From Terriglobia bacterium (lineage in GTDB: Bacteria > Acidobacteriota > Terriglobia > 20CM-2-55-15): a DNA stretch of 64,000 bases. The position numbers were made by a program, and so were the translations under genes. The stretch lies in contig CBDAOY010000006.1 in NCBI GenBank assembly GCA_965198225.1, positions 736,001 to 800,000 on the forward strand, read 5' to 3'. The notes beneath the pieces are model-generated. The model worked only from the letters and a program-made list of their open reading frames with translations. It was not told the origin of the DNA and searched no databases. Shown here one piece after another: positions 29,409 to 38,650 of this stretch. The first letter of the stretch is position 1; each line of letters begins with the position of its first letter.

Positions 29409-29435
29409 TAAAGTCAAAGGGTTCCGGGCCGATAA
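29409..29435 (+). promoter_or_regulatory. Putative sigma-28 promoter of the HD-GYP/GGDEF gene
   Basis: Perfect TAAA-N15-GCCGATAA. Confidence 0.75.
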
Positions 29436-29463
29436 AGATGGAAACCCTTGGAGGTGGACTGCG

Positions 29464-31725
29464 TTGGGTAAGGAAAATACCTATAAGGATCTGCCGATCG
29501 GCGCCCGCATCGCGATTGCCGTGTCCGTTACGGTCGGTGTGGGACTATTCTCTATCTCGCTGATCCGTTTCGACTGGACCCAGTACTGGGCGTTTTTGTT
29601 CATCCTGGCGGTAGCCGGCGTCACGGCCAACACCACGGTTCGGCTACTGGGCGGCTCGTCGCTGTCCCTTCTGACTTCCGTTGTCTTGATGTCGTTGATT
29701 TCATTGGGTCCGGATGGGGCCGTGATGATCGCCATCTGTGGGGTGGTCTTCCAGACCGCAGTGCCGGCCCGGACGGTCTTTTCCTACACTCTGGCCTTCA
29801 ACGTCGGGATGATCGGTGCGACGGTATGGGGCGCCGGGCGCGCGTACCAATTGCTCAGCGATTACGCTTCCGCAGGCTCGCTGGTCGCACTGCTGGTGGC
29901 GTCGCTCGTCTATTATTTTGGCAACTCCGTCTTCGTTTCGATGATCGTGGGGCTGTCGAGCCGAAAGTCGCCGTTCAAGATCTGGCACGACCACTTCCTG
30001 TATACCGCTCCGGCATTCTTCATGGCCGGGGTTCTGGCCTTCGCGGCCAATGAGATCTTGAAGTCGGTCCACTTCAGTGTGCTGCTGGTGCTCGCGCCGA
30101 TCCTTTATTTCAGCTACTACTCCTACAAGGTCTACCTGGAGAACCTCCAGAGCGAGAAGAAACATGCCGAGGACATGGCCCTGCTCCACGGGTCGACGCT
30201 CGAGACTCTCGTCCTGGCGATCGACGCGAAAGATCGGAACCAGGGACACGTCGTCCGTGTCCAGAAATACGCCAGGGAACTCGCCGTAGCCATGAAGCTC
30301 GACGAAGAAGAAGTCGAAGGGATTGCTGCCGCCGCCCTGCTTCACGATATCGGGAAGCTGGCCGTGCCCGAGCATATCATTAAGAAGAAGGGCGCACTGA
30401 CCGCCGAGGAGATGGCGAAGATGAGGCTGCACCCGGAAACGGGCGCCGACATCATCGCCAATATCAAGTTCGCGTATCCGGTCTCCGACACCATCCGTCA
30501 CCACCACGAGCGCTTCGACGGCTCAGGCTATCCCGCGGGACTCAAGGGTGAAGACATCCCGCTCGGCTCGCGGGTGCTGGCTGTTGTGGACTCGTGCGAA
30601 AGCTACATGTCGCGTCACCAGGGTCGAGCCGACGATTCCATGGCGATGCTGGAGCGAGATTCAGGAACTCATTTCGACGCCACGGTCGTGGCGGCATGGA
30701 AAGAGATCTACCGCGACGTCCTTGATTCCGGAGTCGACACGACCGCGACGCCGGATCAGATGGCACCTTTCCAGGACATCGGGCGAGCAGCGTCGGAAGT
30801 CGAGACGCTCGACGAACTGGCGGAGACGGTCAACGCGATGGATTCGGTTCAAGAGATCGCGGCGACCGCGACCCGGATGCTGGAAGGGATCGTGCCCAGC
30901 ACCGCAGTTTTCTGGCTACCCAACGGTGACGAAATCGTGACCTGTGTTGAGGAGGGAGAAGACGCGCAGATGTTGCCGATCGGAGCCGGTGTGTCGGGCT
31001 GGGTGGCCGCCGAGCGCAGTTCGTGCGTGAACATGACGGCGAACTTCGGTCCATACAAGGGTTCCCGCGTCGTTGCGGTCCCGGTTCTGTTCGAAGACGA
31101 GCTTCTCGGAGTGCTGTCGGTCTACCGCGGCAACCCGGAGTTCAGCGACGACGAGGTCCGGCTCGTGACCGCTGCCGCCGACCGTATTGCGAGCAGCCTC
31201 CAGAGCGCCAGCGCGCTCGAAGTCGTGCGGCGGGACGCCACGTCGGACCGCCTGACCGGTCTGGCAAACCGCAGGGCGCTGGAGAAGGCTTTCGAAACGA
31301 TCGCGGGCGGGTTCTCTCTCGTCCTGATCGACATCAACGCGTTCAAGGCTGTCAACGACACCTTCGGTCATCAGGCTGGTGATGACGCCCTAGTACGGAT
31401 TGCCGAGCACCTGCAGACTACGTTCGATTCCTCGGACATCGTCTGTCGGCTGGGCGGGGACGAGTTCCTCGTTGCCAGTGAGGAATCTTCCTTCGCGCTG
31501 CGGAGAAAGGTCCGGGAATTCAGGAAGATGGTGGCCCAGGATCCGGTCTTCGAACGGTACCAGAGCCTCGGATTCGGCGTCAGCTGGGGCGTGGCCGCTG
31601 CCCCCGACGACGGCCCCGACCTCGAGAAGGTGACCGCCGTAGCCGACGGACGGATGTACAACCTCAAGACCCGGATCAAGCAGAAAGTTCGCCTGGCCTT
31701 TCCTATGGCCCACGCCAGCCGGTAA
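29464..31725 (+). CDS. Membrane-sensor HD-GYP-GAF-GGDEF protein (c-di-GMP metabolism)
   Basis: About 6-7 N-terminal TM segments; LHDIGK..HHERFDGSGYP; GAF-like IGAGVSGWVA..AVPV; DRLTGLANRR, FKAVNDTFGHQAGD, RLGGDEF. Confidence 0.93.
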   Translation: MGKENTYKDLPIGARIAIAVSVTVGVGLFSISLIRFDWTQYWAFLFILAVAGVTANTTVRLLGGSSLSLLTSVVLMSLISLGPDGAVMIAICGVVFQTAVPARTVFSYTLAFNVGMIGATVWGAGRAYQLLSDYASAGSLVALLVASLVYYFGNSVFVSMIVGLSSRKSPFKIWHDHFLYTAPAFFMAGVLAFAANEILKSVHFSVLLVLAPILYFSYYSYKVYLENLQSEKKHAEDMALLHGSTLETLVLAIDAKDRNQGHVVRVQKYARELAVAMKLDEEEVEGIAAAALLHDIGKLAVPEHIIKKKGALTAEEMAKMRLHPETGADIIANIKFAYPVSDTIRHHHERFDGSGYPAGLKGEDIPLGSRVLAVVDSCESYMSRHQGRADDSMAMLERDSGTHFDATVVAAWKEIYRDVLDSGVDTTATPDQMAPFQDIGRAASEVETLDELAETVNAMDSVQEIAATATRMLEGIVPSTAVFWLPNGDEIVTCVEEGEDAQMLPIGAGVSGWVAAERSSCVNMTANFGPYKGSRVVAVPVLFEDELLGVLSVYRGNPEFSDDEVRLVTAAADRIASSLQSASALEVVRRDATSDRLTGLANRRALEKAFETIAGGFSLVLIDINAFKAVNDTFGHQAGDDALVRIAEHLQTTFDSSDIVCRLGGDEFLVASEESSFALRRKVREFRKMVAQDPVFERYQSLGFGVSWGVAAAPDDGPDLEKVTAVADGRMYNLKTRIKQKVRLAFPMAHASR

Positions 31726-31766
31726 AAATCCCGAGATCTCTAATACGCCCGAAACCTCAGAATCGA

Positions 31767-31994
31767 GTGTAGGTGCGCTCTATGAGCGCACACGTTTCGG
31801 CCCGAAGAATGTGCGGTCATAGACCGCCCCTACACTTGCGTGTCGACATTGTCCGTAATGGTTACGGAATTCTTCGCCCGGGTGTAGGTGCGCTCTATGA
31901 GCGCACATCTTTTCGGTTCGAAGGATGTGTGGTCATAGACCGCCCCTACACTTGCGTGTCGACATTGCCCGTAATGTCATAGACCGCACCTACA
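31767..31994. repeat. Two REP doublets plus a partial arm (~115-bp duplication)
   Basis: Doublets at 31767-31835 and 31882-31951, each followed by TTGCGTGTCGACATTG. Confidence 0.9.
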
Positions 31995-32964
31995 TTCCCC
32001 CAAGCATCTTGCGGAGTTCGTCCGCTCGTTTCTTGATGGCGTCGTGATCGGGCGCTTCGGGAAACGCTTCGACGTAGGCGTCCAACTGTTCGAGTGCTTT
32101 CAAAGGTTGCCGACCTCGCATATAGACGTTGAAGAGTTGCAGGCGGGAAGTCCCGGCTTCCTTCGGCCAGAGCGCTACGGCGTGGACCAGGTTTGCTTCC
32201 GCTTCCGACAGCAGGCCCATCTTGTAATAGGACGACCCGATGTGGAAGTAGTCGTCGGCCGCTGCCGCGCCCATGTCGAGTCGCCGCGTGAGCGTGTCGA
32301 TGGCTTCCTGGAAACGCTCCGTCTCGAAATACAGGCGGCCGAGCCACGTGGTCGCTTCCGGAGAGGCGGGGTTCAACTCGTCGGCGATGGCGAGCGCCGC
32401 GATCGCCTCTTCTCGTCTGCCCGCCCTCTGGTGCGCGAAGCCCAGTTGAAGGTGAGCCTCGAAAAACCTCGGGGCGATCTCGAGTGCTTCTTCGAGACGA
32501 TCGATCCCTTTCTTCTCGTTGTCCTTCTGAAACTCCCCGATCGCGTCTTCCAGCTTGTCCAGCGCTTTGCGGGGGATGTCGCGCCGCAGCTCTTCGAGGC
32601 TGACGACCGGTGTGCCGTCGGCAAGGACCCGCCTCGGGTAGAGCGACAGCTCGAGGTTGATCACGGCGAAGGTCAACACATCCACTGCCAGCGGGTGCTT
32701 GACCCGTTGATAGCGTTCACTTTCGATCGCGATCCAGTACCGACCGACCTTGACGTCGTCGAAGTAGAACCCGCCGGCCGGGGTGGAAGTGGTCCTGTCC
32801 AGGACGACCGCATCGCCATCGTCCCGAAGTTCGATCTCGACGATCGCCGCCTCAGCCCCGTCTTCGAAGTGCAGCTGTCCAATCAGCGGGAAACCGTCTT
32901 TGATGCTCTGGAGCACGGTCGGGGATTGAAACAGAACAAAGGCGAGCAGAAAATGGGCCATCAT
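31990..32964 (-). CDS. TPR protein with N-terminal carboxypeptidase-regulatory-like domain
   Basis: TTSTPAGGFYFDDV..GRY; VVSLEEL..IPRKA; several TPR-like helical pairs. Confidence 0.82.
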   Translation of the reverse strand: MMAHFLLAFVLFQSPTVLQSIKDGFPLIGQLHFEDGAEAAIVEIELRDDGDAVVLDRTTSTPAGGFYFDDVKVGRYWIAIESERYQRVKHPLAVDVLTFAVINLELSLYPRRVLADGTPVVSLEELRRDIPRKALDKLEDAIGEFQKDNEKKGIDRLEEALEIAPRFFEAHLQLGFAHQRAGRREEAIAALAIADELNPASPEATTWLGRLYFETERFQEAIDTLTRRLDMGAAAADDYFHIGSSYYKMGLLSEAEANLVHAVALWPKEAGTSRLQLFNVYMRGRQPLKALEQLDAYVEAFPEAPDHDAIKKRADELRKMLGGM

Positions 32965-33074
32965 TACTACTTAGGCCCATTCTCGTGATGGGTCAACCAA
33001 ATAAGGAATAGCGCCCTCGAGGAGAAGGCAGCTTCACCGACGTGGCGGGAAGCCGGGTACCGTTCGGGTGTGTG

Positions 33075-34457
33075 CTAGTCGGGCTCTACGAACGAAAGCA
33101 GCGGGCTGCCGTCAACTTCCGCGAACGTCAGGCCCAAAAGCGTCGCGATTGTTGGCGCGATGTCGACCTGAAGGGCGCTTGGCAGGACGATGCCGTCCCG
33201 AATGCCCGCACCCGCCATGATCAGGCCGGTGCGAATTCCGGCTTCAGTCGGCAGGAACCCGTGATCGCCTCGGCTGACGCTCGGAACGACGAAACTCCCG
33301 CCACCGAGCCCGCTCCGGACGCGATAGCCTGCCGCGGGTTCGATGAAGAACGCGGCATTCGGATAGGCACCCAGCTCCCGGATTTCGTCCTCCAGCACCA
33401 GCCGGAAGACTCCACGATAGGGGTCGGCAGCCAATTCCTCGAACAGCTTTCGAAGCTCGGCCGCCAGGATGGTGTCGGCAGGATTCTTCAGGATGATCGC
33501 GCCCTCGTGCGAGATGGCTTGCCATCCGAGTATCTGTCCATCCTGGCCCGTCTCAATCAGACCTGCCCGTTTCAGTACGACATCCGGTTGCAGGGTCGAG
33601 TGAACCTCGCGAAATCCGTGGTCGCCGGTCACGATGAACGTAGCCTGCTCGACTATTCCTGCCTGCTCGGTGGCCTCGATAATCCGGCCGATGTGGTCAT
33701 CCACGACTTCGAAGGCGCGACGCGCCTCAGCGGAGTGCTTGCCGTATTGGTGCTGAGCGGAGTCTGTCTGGAAGAGATGCACCAGGACAAGGTTCGGTCT
33801 GTGAGTCCTCAGAATGTGTGTCGCCGCCAGGGTAGAGAATCGGTCCACCAGTTCGGGGGTGATCGGGGTTTCTGGATCGAAATCATCGAGTGATTCGAAG
33901 ATCGTTCGCGCCAGGCCCGGGGTGGATGCGCGATCGAGCTGATCCGGCCACCAGACGCCGGGAGGTGGAGCGCCCGTTTCCGGCAGCAGATAGTCGATTC
34001 GTGCGTCGACGGTAACCGGCCATGTCACTGCCGCCGTCTTCAGTCCCGCATCTTTCGCGATCTCCCAGATTGTCCGGACCTGGAGATAGGAACTGGATCG
34101 ATACCAGTTCTGTGTCGTTCCATCTGGGTCCAGAATCCTGTTGGCAAAGATGCCGTGCCGCGCTGGGTTCACGCCGGTGACGATCGAGGCATGGGACGGG
34201 TAAGTGTTTGAAGGGTACTGGCCGACCACTCCCTCGGCCCAACTGCCCGCTTCCAGTAGTGAACGGATGTTGGGCAGGTCGAGTCCGAAGGCCTGTGGGC
34301 GCACGTAGTACTCGGGCAGCAAACCATCGATCGATATCACTACGACGTGGTCGGCTGGCCGAGTTTCCTGACCGAGTGCCGCTGTCGGGACAGTTCCCGC
34401 AACGATTAGCAGGGCGAGGTAGACGATCAGGGTCGCGTGCAAGATAGACCGATTCAT
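33075..34457 (-). CDS. Alkaline phosphatase superfamily nucleotide pyrophosphatase/phosphodiesterase
   Basis: VISIDG, PSNTYPSHASIVTG, DSAQHQYG, TGDHG, GDHG. Confidence 0.92.
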   Translation of the reverse strand: MNRSILHATLIVYLALLIVAGTVPTAALGQETRPADHVVVISIDGLLPEYYVRPQAFGLDLPNIRSLLEAGSWAEGVVGQYPSNTYPSHASIVTGVNPARHGIFANRILDPDGTTQNWYRSSSYLQVRTIWEIAKDAGLKTAAVTWPVTVDARIDYLLPETGAPPPGVWWPDQLDRASTPGLARTIFESLDDFDPETPITPELVDRFSTLAATHILRTHRPNLVLVHLFQTDSAQHQYGKHSAEARRAFEVVDDHIGRIIEATEQAGIVEQATFIVTGDHGFREVHSTLQPDVVLKRAGLIETGQDGQILGWQAISHEGAIILKNPADTILAAELRKLFEELAADPYRGVFRLVLEDEIRELGAYPNAAFFIEPAAGYRVRSGLGGGSFVVPSVSRGDHGFLPTEAGIRTGLIMAGAGIRDGIVLPSALQVDIAPTIATLLGLTFAEVDGSPLLSFVEPD

Positions 34458-34665
34458 ACTGGCTCGGTCCCAGGATAACCGCGACCGGCTTCGGGGTCGA
34501 AAATGTTTCGAACAGTTTCCCTCCGGTTCACCTTCCCTTACGGTTTACTGAGCTATTCTGAGGGCACGATGAAAACACTGCTCAAGCAGGTTACACCTTG
34601 TCGGGGTGCGGCTGTATTTCAGATCGGTGTAAGATAAGCGGCACTCGAGCGAGGCGAGTTTACCG

Positions 34666-35913
34666 ATGCAGGACTTCATGAACCAGGTCAGCAACCTGTT
34701 GCAGCAATACCCGATAATGGCGACGGCAATCGGCGTGGTGGTCGTGCTGTTCGTGGCGTGGTTGGCCGACAAGATTTCCAAGAGAGTCCTCCTGAAATCG
34801 ATGAGCCGCCTGGCTCGGGAGACGACTTCCGAGTTTGACGATCTGCTGCTCGAGCACAACGTCTTCGGCAGGTTGGCCCACCTGGCACCGGCTATCGCGG
34901 TCTACTTCGGGATGCGCCTCGTCCCGGACATCCCCGAGGCCGTTGACGTCCTCATCGGACAATTGGCGGCGGCCGCGATGGTCCTGATTGGCGTGTCCGC
35001 CCTCGGCGCATTCCTTACCGTGGTCGGAAAGACCTATGCCACGAGCGAGATTGCCGAAGGCCGGCCCATCGAGGCGTATGTTCAGGTCGCGAAGATTGCT
35101 GTTTATGTCATCGGTGGGGTGATTTTTGTCGCCACGTTGACAGGCCGCTCTCCCCTGGTCCTGCTGAGCGGAATCGGCGCGCTCGCTGCTGTTCTGCTCC
35201 TGGTCTTTCGCGACACGATCCTCTCGTTCGTGGCCAGCCTTCAGATGGCCAGCTACGACATGGTCCGTATCGGCGACTGGATCGAAATGAAGCAGTACGG
35301 GGCGGACGGCGACGTGATGGAACTGACGCTGCACACGGTCAAGATTCAGAACTTCGACAAGACGATTACGACCATCCCGACCTCGAAGCTGACCGAACAA
35401 GCGTTCAAGAACTGGAGGGGCATGACCGAGTCGGGAGGCCGCAGGATCAAGCGGTCCTTCTACGTGGACATGAATTCGATCCGCTTCCTGGATGATGCCG
35501 ATCTCGATCGGCTGGGTCGATTCGCCATCTTGGAAGACTACGTCCGGGAGAAGCGTCGAGAGCTTGCAGAGTTCAACAAAGCCTACGAAGGAGACCCCGA
35601 TCTAGTGCTCAACGCCCGGCGCCTGACCAATGTCGGTACCCTTCGCGCCTACCTGGTGCGCTACCTGAAGCAACATTCCAAGATTCACGAAGGCATGACG
35701 TTGCTGGTCCGCCAGCTCGATCCAGGGCCGGAAGGTTTGCCGATCGAACTCTATGTCTTTACCAATGACACCGACTGGATCGCCTACGAGGACATCCAGT
35801 CCGACATCTTCGACCATATCTTCTCGATCATGCCCGATTTCGGCCTGCGTGTTTTTCAGGCGGCCTCCGGCTCTGATTTTTCGGGAGCACTTGGGTCCCG
35901 GCCGGGAGCCTGA
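34666..35913 (+). CDS. ybdG: Mechanosensitive channel, MscS family (YbdG-like)
   Basis: LLLVFRDTILSFVAS, IGDWIEM..ADGDV, KIQNFDKTITTIP, FKNWRGM..GGRRIKRS, YEDIQSDIFDH. Confidence 0.9.
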   Translation: MQDFMNQVSNLLQQYPIMATAIGVVVVLFVAWLADKISKRVLLKSMSRLARETTSEFDDLLLEHNVFGRLAHLAPAIAVYFGMRLVPDIPEAVDVLIGQLAAAAMVLIGVSALGAFLTVVGKTYATSEIAEGRPIEAYVQVAKIAVYVIGGVIFVATLTGRSPLVLLSGIGALAAVLLLVFRDTILSFVASLQMASYDMVRIGDWIEMKQYGADGDVMELTLHTVKIQNFDKTITTIPTSKLTEQAFKNWRGMTESGGRRIKRSFYVDMNSIRFLDDADLDRLGRFAILEDYVREKRRELAEFNKAYEGDPDLVLNARRLTNVGTLRAYLVRYLKQHSKIHEGMTLLVRQLDPGPEGLPIELYVFTNDTDWIAYEDIQSDIFDHIFSIMPDFGLRVFQAASGSDFSGALGSRPGA

Positions 35914-35936
35914 TTACTTCTGCAGGAACCCGCGAA

Positions 35937-36785
35937 ATGCCCGATATCCCCGATCCTATATTCATCAACGAATACACGGCCCTGAAGGAATGCCGGCATG
36001 GCTTCTTCCTCTACAACCGGAACGACACGTTTATCGGGCGCTCGCTCGACCTCTACGGGGAGTGGTGTGAGGGCGAACTCGTTGCCCTGTTCCAGATTGT
36101 TCAACCCGGCCAGGTCGTCATCGACGTTGGCGCGAACATCGGCACTCACACGGTTCCCCTGGCGAAGAAAGTGACGCAGTCGGGCCCGGCCCTGGCTTTC
36201 GAACCCCAGCGCCAGGCCTTCAACTACCTGACCGCGAACCTCGTCGTGAACAACCTGCTCCACGTTGCGGCCTACCAGAAAGCGGTGGGAGATACCGAGG
36301 GCGTGCTTCACGTACCATTGCGGGATCCCAACCTGGCGTTCAATTTCGGAGCTGTCAACCTGGAGGAAGAGACCGATGGAGAGCCGGTCGATGTGTTGAC
36401 CCTGGACCATTTCGGCCTGGAACGAGTGAATCTCATCAAGGTCGACGTCGAAGGTATGGAGCGCAAGGTTCTGGAGGGCGCGGCGGCGACCATCAAGCGT
36501 GCGCGTCCGGTTCTGTTCGTAGAGACGACGACCGTGAACCACCGGGAGGTGATCGAGATCCTGCGCGACTACCGGTACGATTCCTGGTGGCACATCGCGA
36601 CCTACTACAGCGGCGATAATTTCTTCCAGAACCCCGAGGACGTCTTCGCCGACATCCATCCCGAGAGCAACCTGTTGTGCTTTCCCCGTGAAGAGTCCGC
36701 CCGGATCGATGGCATGGAGAAGGTGGCCGGCGCTGACGACACCTGGATGAAAGCAACCGAGCGGATCCGGGCTCGCCGGACCTGA
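35937..36785 (+). CDS. FkbM family methyltransferase
   Basis: IGRSLDLYGEW, IDVGANIG, AFEPQ, IKVDVEGME. Confidence 0.92.
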   Translation: MPDIPDPIFINEYTALKECRHGFFLYNRNDTFIGRSLDLYGEWCEGELVALFQIVQPGQVVIDVGANIGTHTVPLAKKVTQSGPALAFEPQRQAFNYLTANLVVNNLLHVAAYQKAVGDTEGVLHVPLRDPNLAFNFGAVNLEEETDGEPVDVLTLDHFGLERVNLIKVDVEGMERKVLEGAAATIKRARPVLFVETTTVNHREVIEILRDYRYDSWWHIATYYSGDNFFQNPEDVFADIHPESNLLCFPREESARIDGMEKVAGADDTWMKATERIRARRT

Positions 36786-36800
36786 CGTATCATGGATAAG

Positions 36801-37085
36801 GTGTAGGTGCGCTCTATGAGCGCACGTTGTTTCGGTTCGAAGAATGTGCGGTCATAGACCGCACCCACACGAACGCATGTTGTTTCGGGTTCGAAGGATG
36901 TGCGGTCATAGACCGCACCTACACGAGCGCATGTTGTTTTCGGGTTCGAAGGATGTGCGGTCATAGACCGCACCTACACGAGCGCACGTTGTTTCGGTTC
37001 GAAGGATGTGCGGTCATAGACCGCACCTACACGAGCGCACGTTGTTTCGGTTCGAAGGATGCGCGGTCATAGACCGCACCTACAC
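36801..37085. repeat. REP cluster: five tandem 53-55-bp units
   Basis: Units at 36818, 36871, 36925, 36980 and 37033: GAGCGCACGTTGTTTCGGTTCGAAGGATGTGCGGTCATAGACCGCACCTACAC. Confidence 0.92.
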
Positions 37086-37115
37086 CTCGTTACACAACTA
37101 GAGGAGACCATTCCG

Positions 37116-37514
37116 ATGGCGACCATTCCTGAAGATTTCAATGACATCATGAACAGTAAGGCCCTGGCCAGCCTTGCGACCACCATGGCCGACGGCAGCC
37201 CGCAGGTAAGCCCCGTGTGGTTCAGCTTCGACGGGTCGCTCATCTGGGTGAACAGCGCCGAAGGCCGGGTGAAGGACAAGAACGTCCGGCGGACTCGCAA
37301 AGTTGCGCTGGCGATCGTTGACGTCAACAACCCCTATCGGCACATCGCGATCCGGGGCGACGTCGTCGACGTCACGAACGACGGCGCGGATGACCATATC
37401 GACTCGCTGGCCAAGAAGTACCTGGACGAGGACAAGTATCCGTTCCGGCAGGACGGAGAAGTCCGCGTTATCTACAAGATCCGGCCCGAGCGGGTGGCAA
37501 CGATGGGTGCGTGA
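37116..37514 (+). CDS. PPOX-class (probable F420-dependent) oxidoreductase
   Basis: LATTMADGSPQVSPVW, GRVKDKNV, NPYR, HIDSLAKKY. Confidence 0.88.
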   Translation: MATIPEDFNDIMNSKALASLATTMADGSPQVSPVWFSFDGSLIWVNSAEGRVKDKNVRRTRKVALAIVDVNNPYRHIAIRGDVVDVTNDGADDHIDSLAKKYLDEDKYPFRQDGEVRVIYKIRPERVATMGA

Positions 37515-37592
37515 CTTGCAATTCCGCCGCCGAGACATATAGACCTTCCTTGTAATCGCTCCAACACACGCAGCGAGAGAGGAGAGGGAGGA

Positions 37593-38639
37593 GTGGGCTC
37601 GTCCATCCACGCGGTCTCCAATCAGAGGAAAGGCACGATCCCGTCCACCGTGGTCCCGATGCCACCGGACGGAGAGTTGCTCGACGCTTACTCCCGAGCG
37701 GTCGTCACCGCAACCGAGTCGGTCAGCCCGTCCGTCGTCAACATCGAGGTCCGGACGCGCTCCTCCCGCACTTCCGGCGCCGGTCGGAACGGTCGCGAAG
37801 GGGCGGCGGGCAGCGGTTCGGGGTTCGTGTTTACCCCTGACGGATTCGTCCTGACGAACAGCCACGTCGTCCACGGCGCCGCCCACATCGACGTCGTGCT
37901 TTCCGATGGGCGCCGCGTCGCCGCCACACCGGTTGGCGACGACCCCAACAGCGATCTCGCCGTGATCCGCGTCAACCAGCCGGACCTGACCCCCGCCACG
38001 ATGGGCGATTCGCAATCCATCCGTGTCGGCCAACTCGCGATTGCGATCGGCAATCCCTACGGGTTTCAATACTCCGTCACTGCCGGTGTCGTCAGCGCGC
38101 TGGGGCGCAGCCTTCGGTCGCGGTCCGGACGCCTGATCGACAACGTCATCCAGACTGACGCCAGCCTCAACCCGGGAAACTCCGGGGGCCCGCTCGTGGA
38201 TTCCAGAGGACTGGTGATCGGAGTCAACACGGCCGTCATCCTGCCGGCCCAGGGCCTCTGCTTCGCGATCGGGATCAATACGGCAAAGTTCGTTGCGGGG
38301 CAGTTGATCAAGGACGGCCGGGTTCGCAGGAGCTACATCGGAGTCGGCGGTCAGGTCACGCCGATACACCGCAGAGTCGTCCGCTTCCACCGGCTTCCCC
38401 TCGAAACGGGTATTCTGGTTGTTTCCGTCGAGCCGGGCAGTCCGGCCTCAGCGGCCGGCCTCCGCGAAGGAGATATCATCGTCGCCTGCGGCGAAACTCC
38501 CGTGAGCGGCGTCGACGACCTTCATCGCTTGTTGACGGCCGATGCAGTCGGCGTGGCGGCCCAGCTGATGCTGCTCCGAAACTCTAAGAAAATCTTCCTC
38601 GACGTGATTCCCGTGGAACACCATGCGGACCCTCGTTGA
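37593..38639 (+). CDS. HtrA/S1C serine protease with PDZ domain
   Basis: GSGSGF, TNSHVV, DLAV, IQTDASLNPGNSGGPL, C-terminal PDZ. Confidence 0.93.
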   Translation: MGSSIHAVSNQRKGTIPSTVVPMPPDGELLDAYSRAVVTATESVSPSVVNIEVRTRSSRTSGAGRNGREGAAGSGSGFVFTPDGFVLTNSHVVHGAAHIDVVLSDGRRVAATPVGDDPNSDLAVIRVNQPDLTPATMGDSQSIRVGQLAIAIGNPYGFQYSVTAGVVSALGRSLRSRSGRLIDNVIQTDASLNPGNSGGPLVDSRGLVIGVNTAVILPAQGLCFAIGINTAKFVAGQLIKDGRVRRSYIGVGGQVTPIHRRVVRFHRLPLETGILVVSVEPGSPASAAGLREGDIIVACGETPVSGVDDLHRLLTADAVGVAAQLMLLRNSKKIFLDVIPVEHHADPR

Positions 38640-38650
38640 TCGGTTGAACT

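Noticed and set aside
36801-37085. CRISPR array
   Set aside because: The intervening sequences are near-identical rather than unique spacers, the unit is the dispersed REP, and no cas genes are present.
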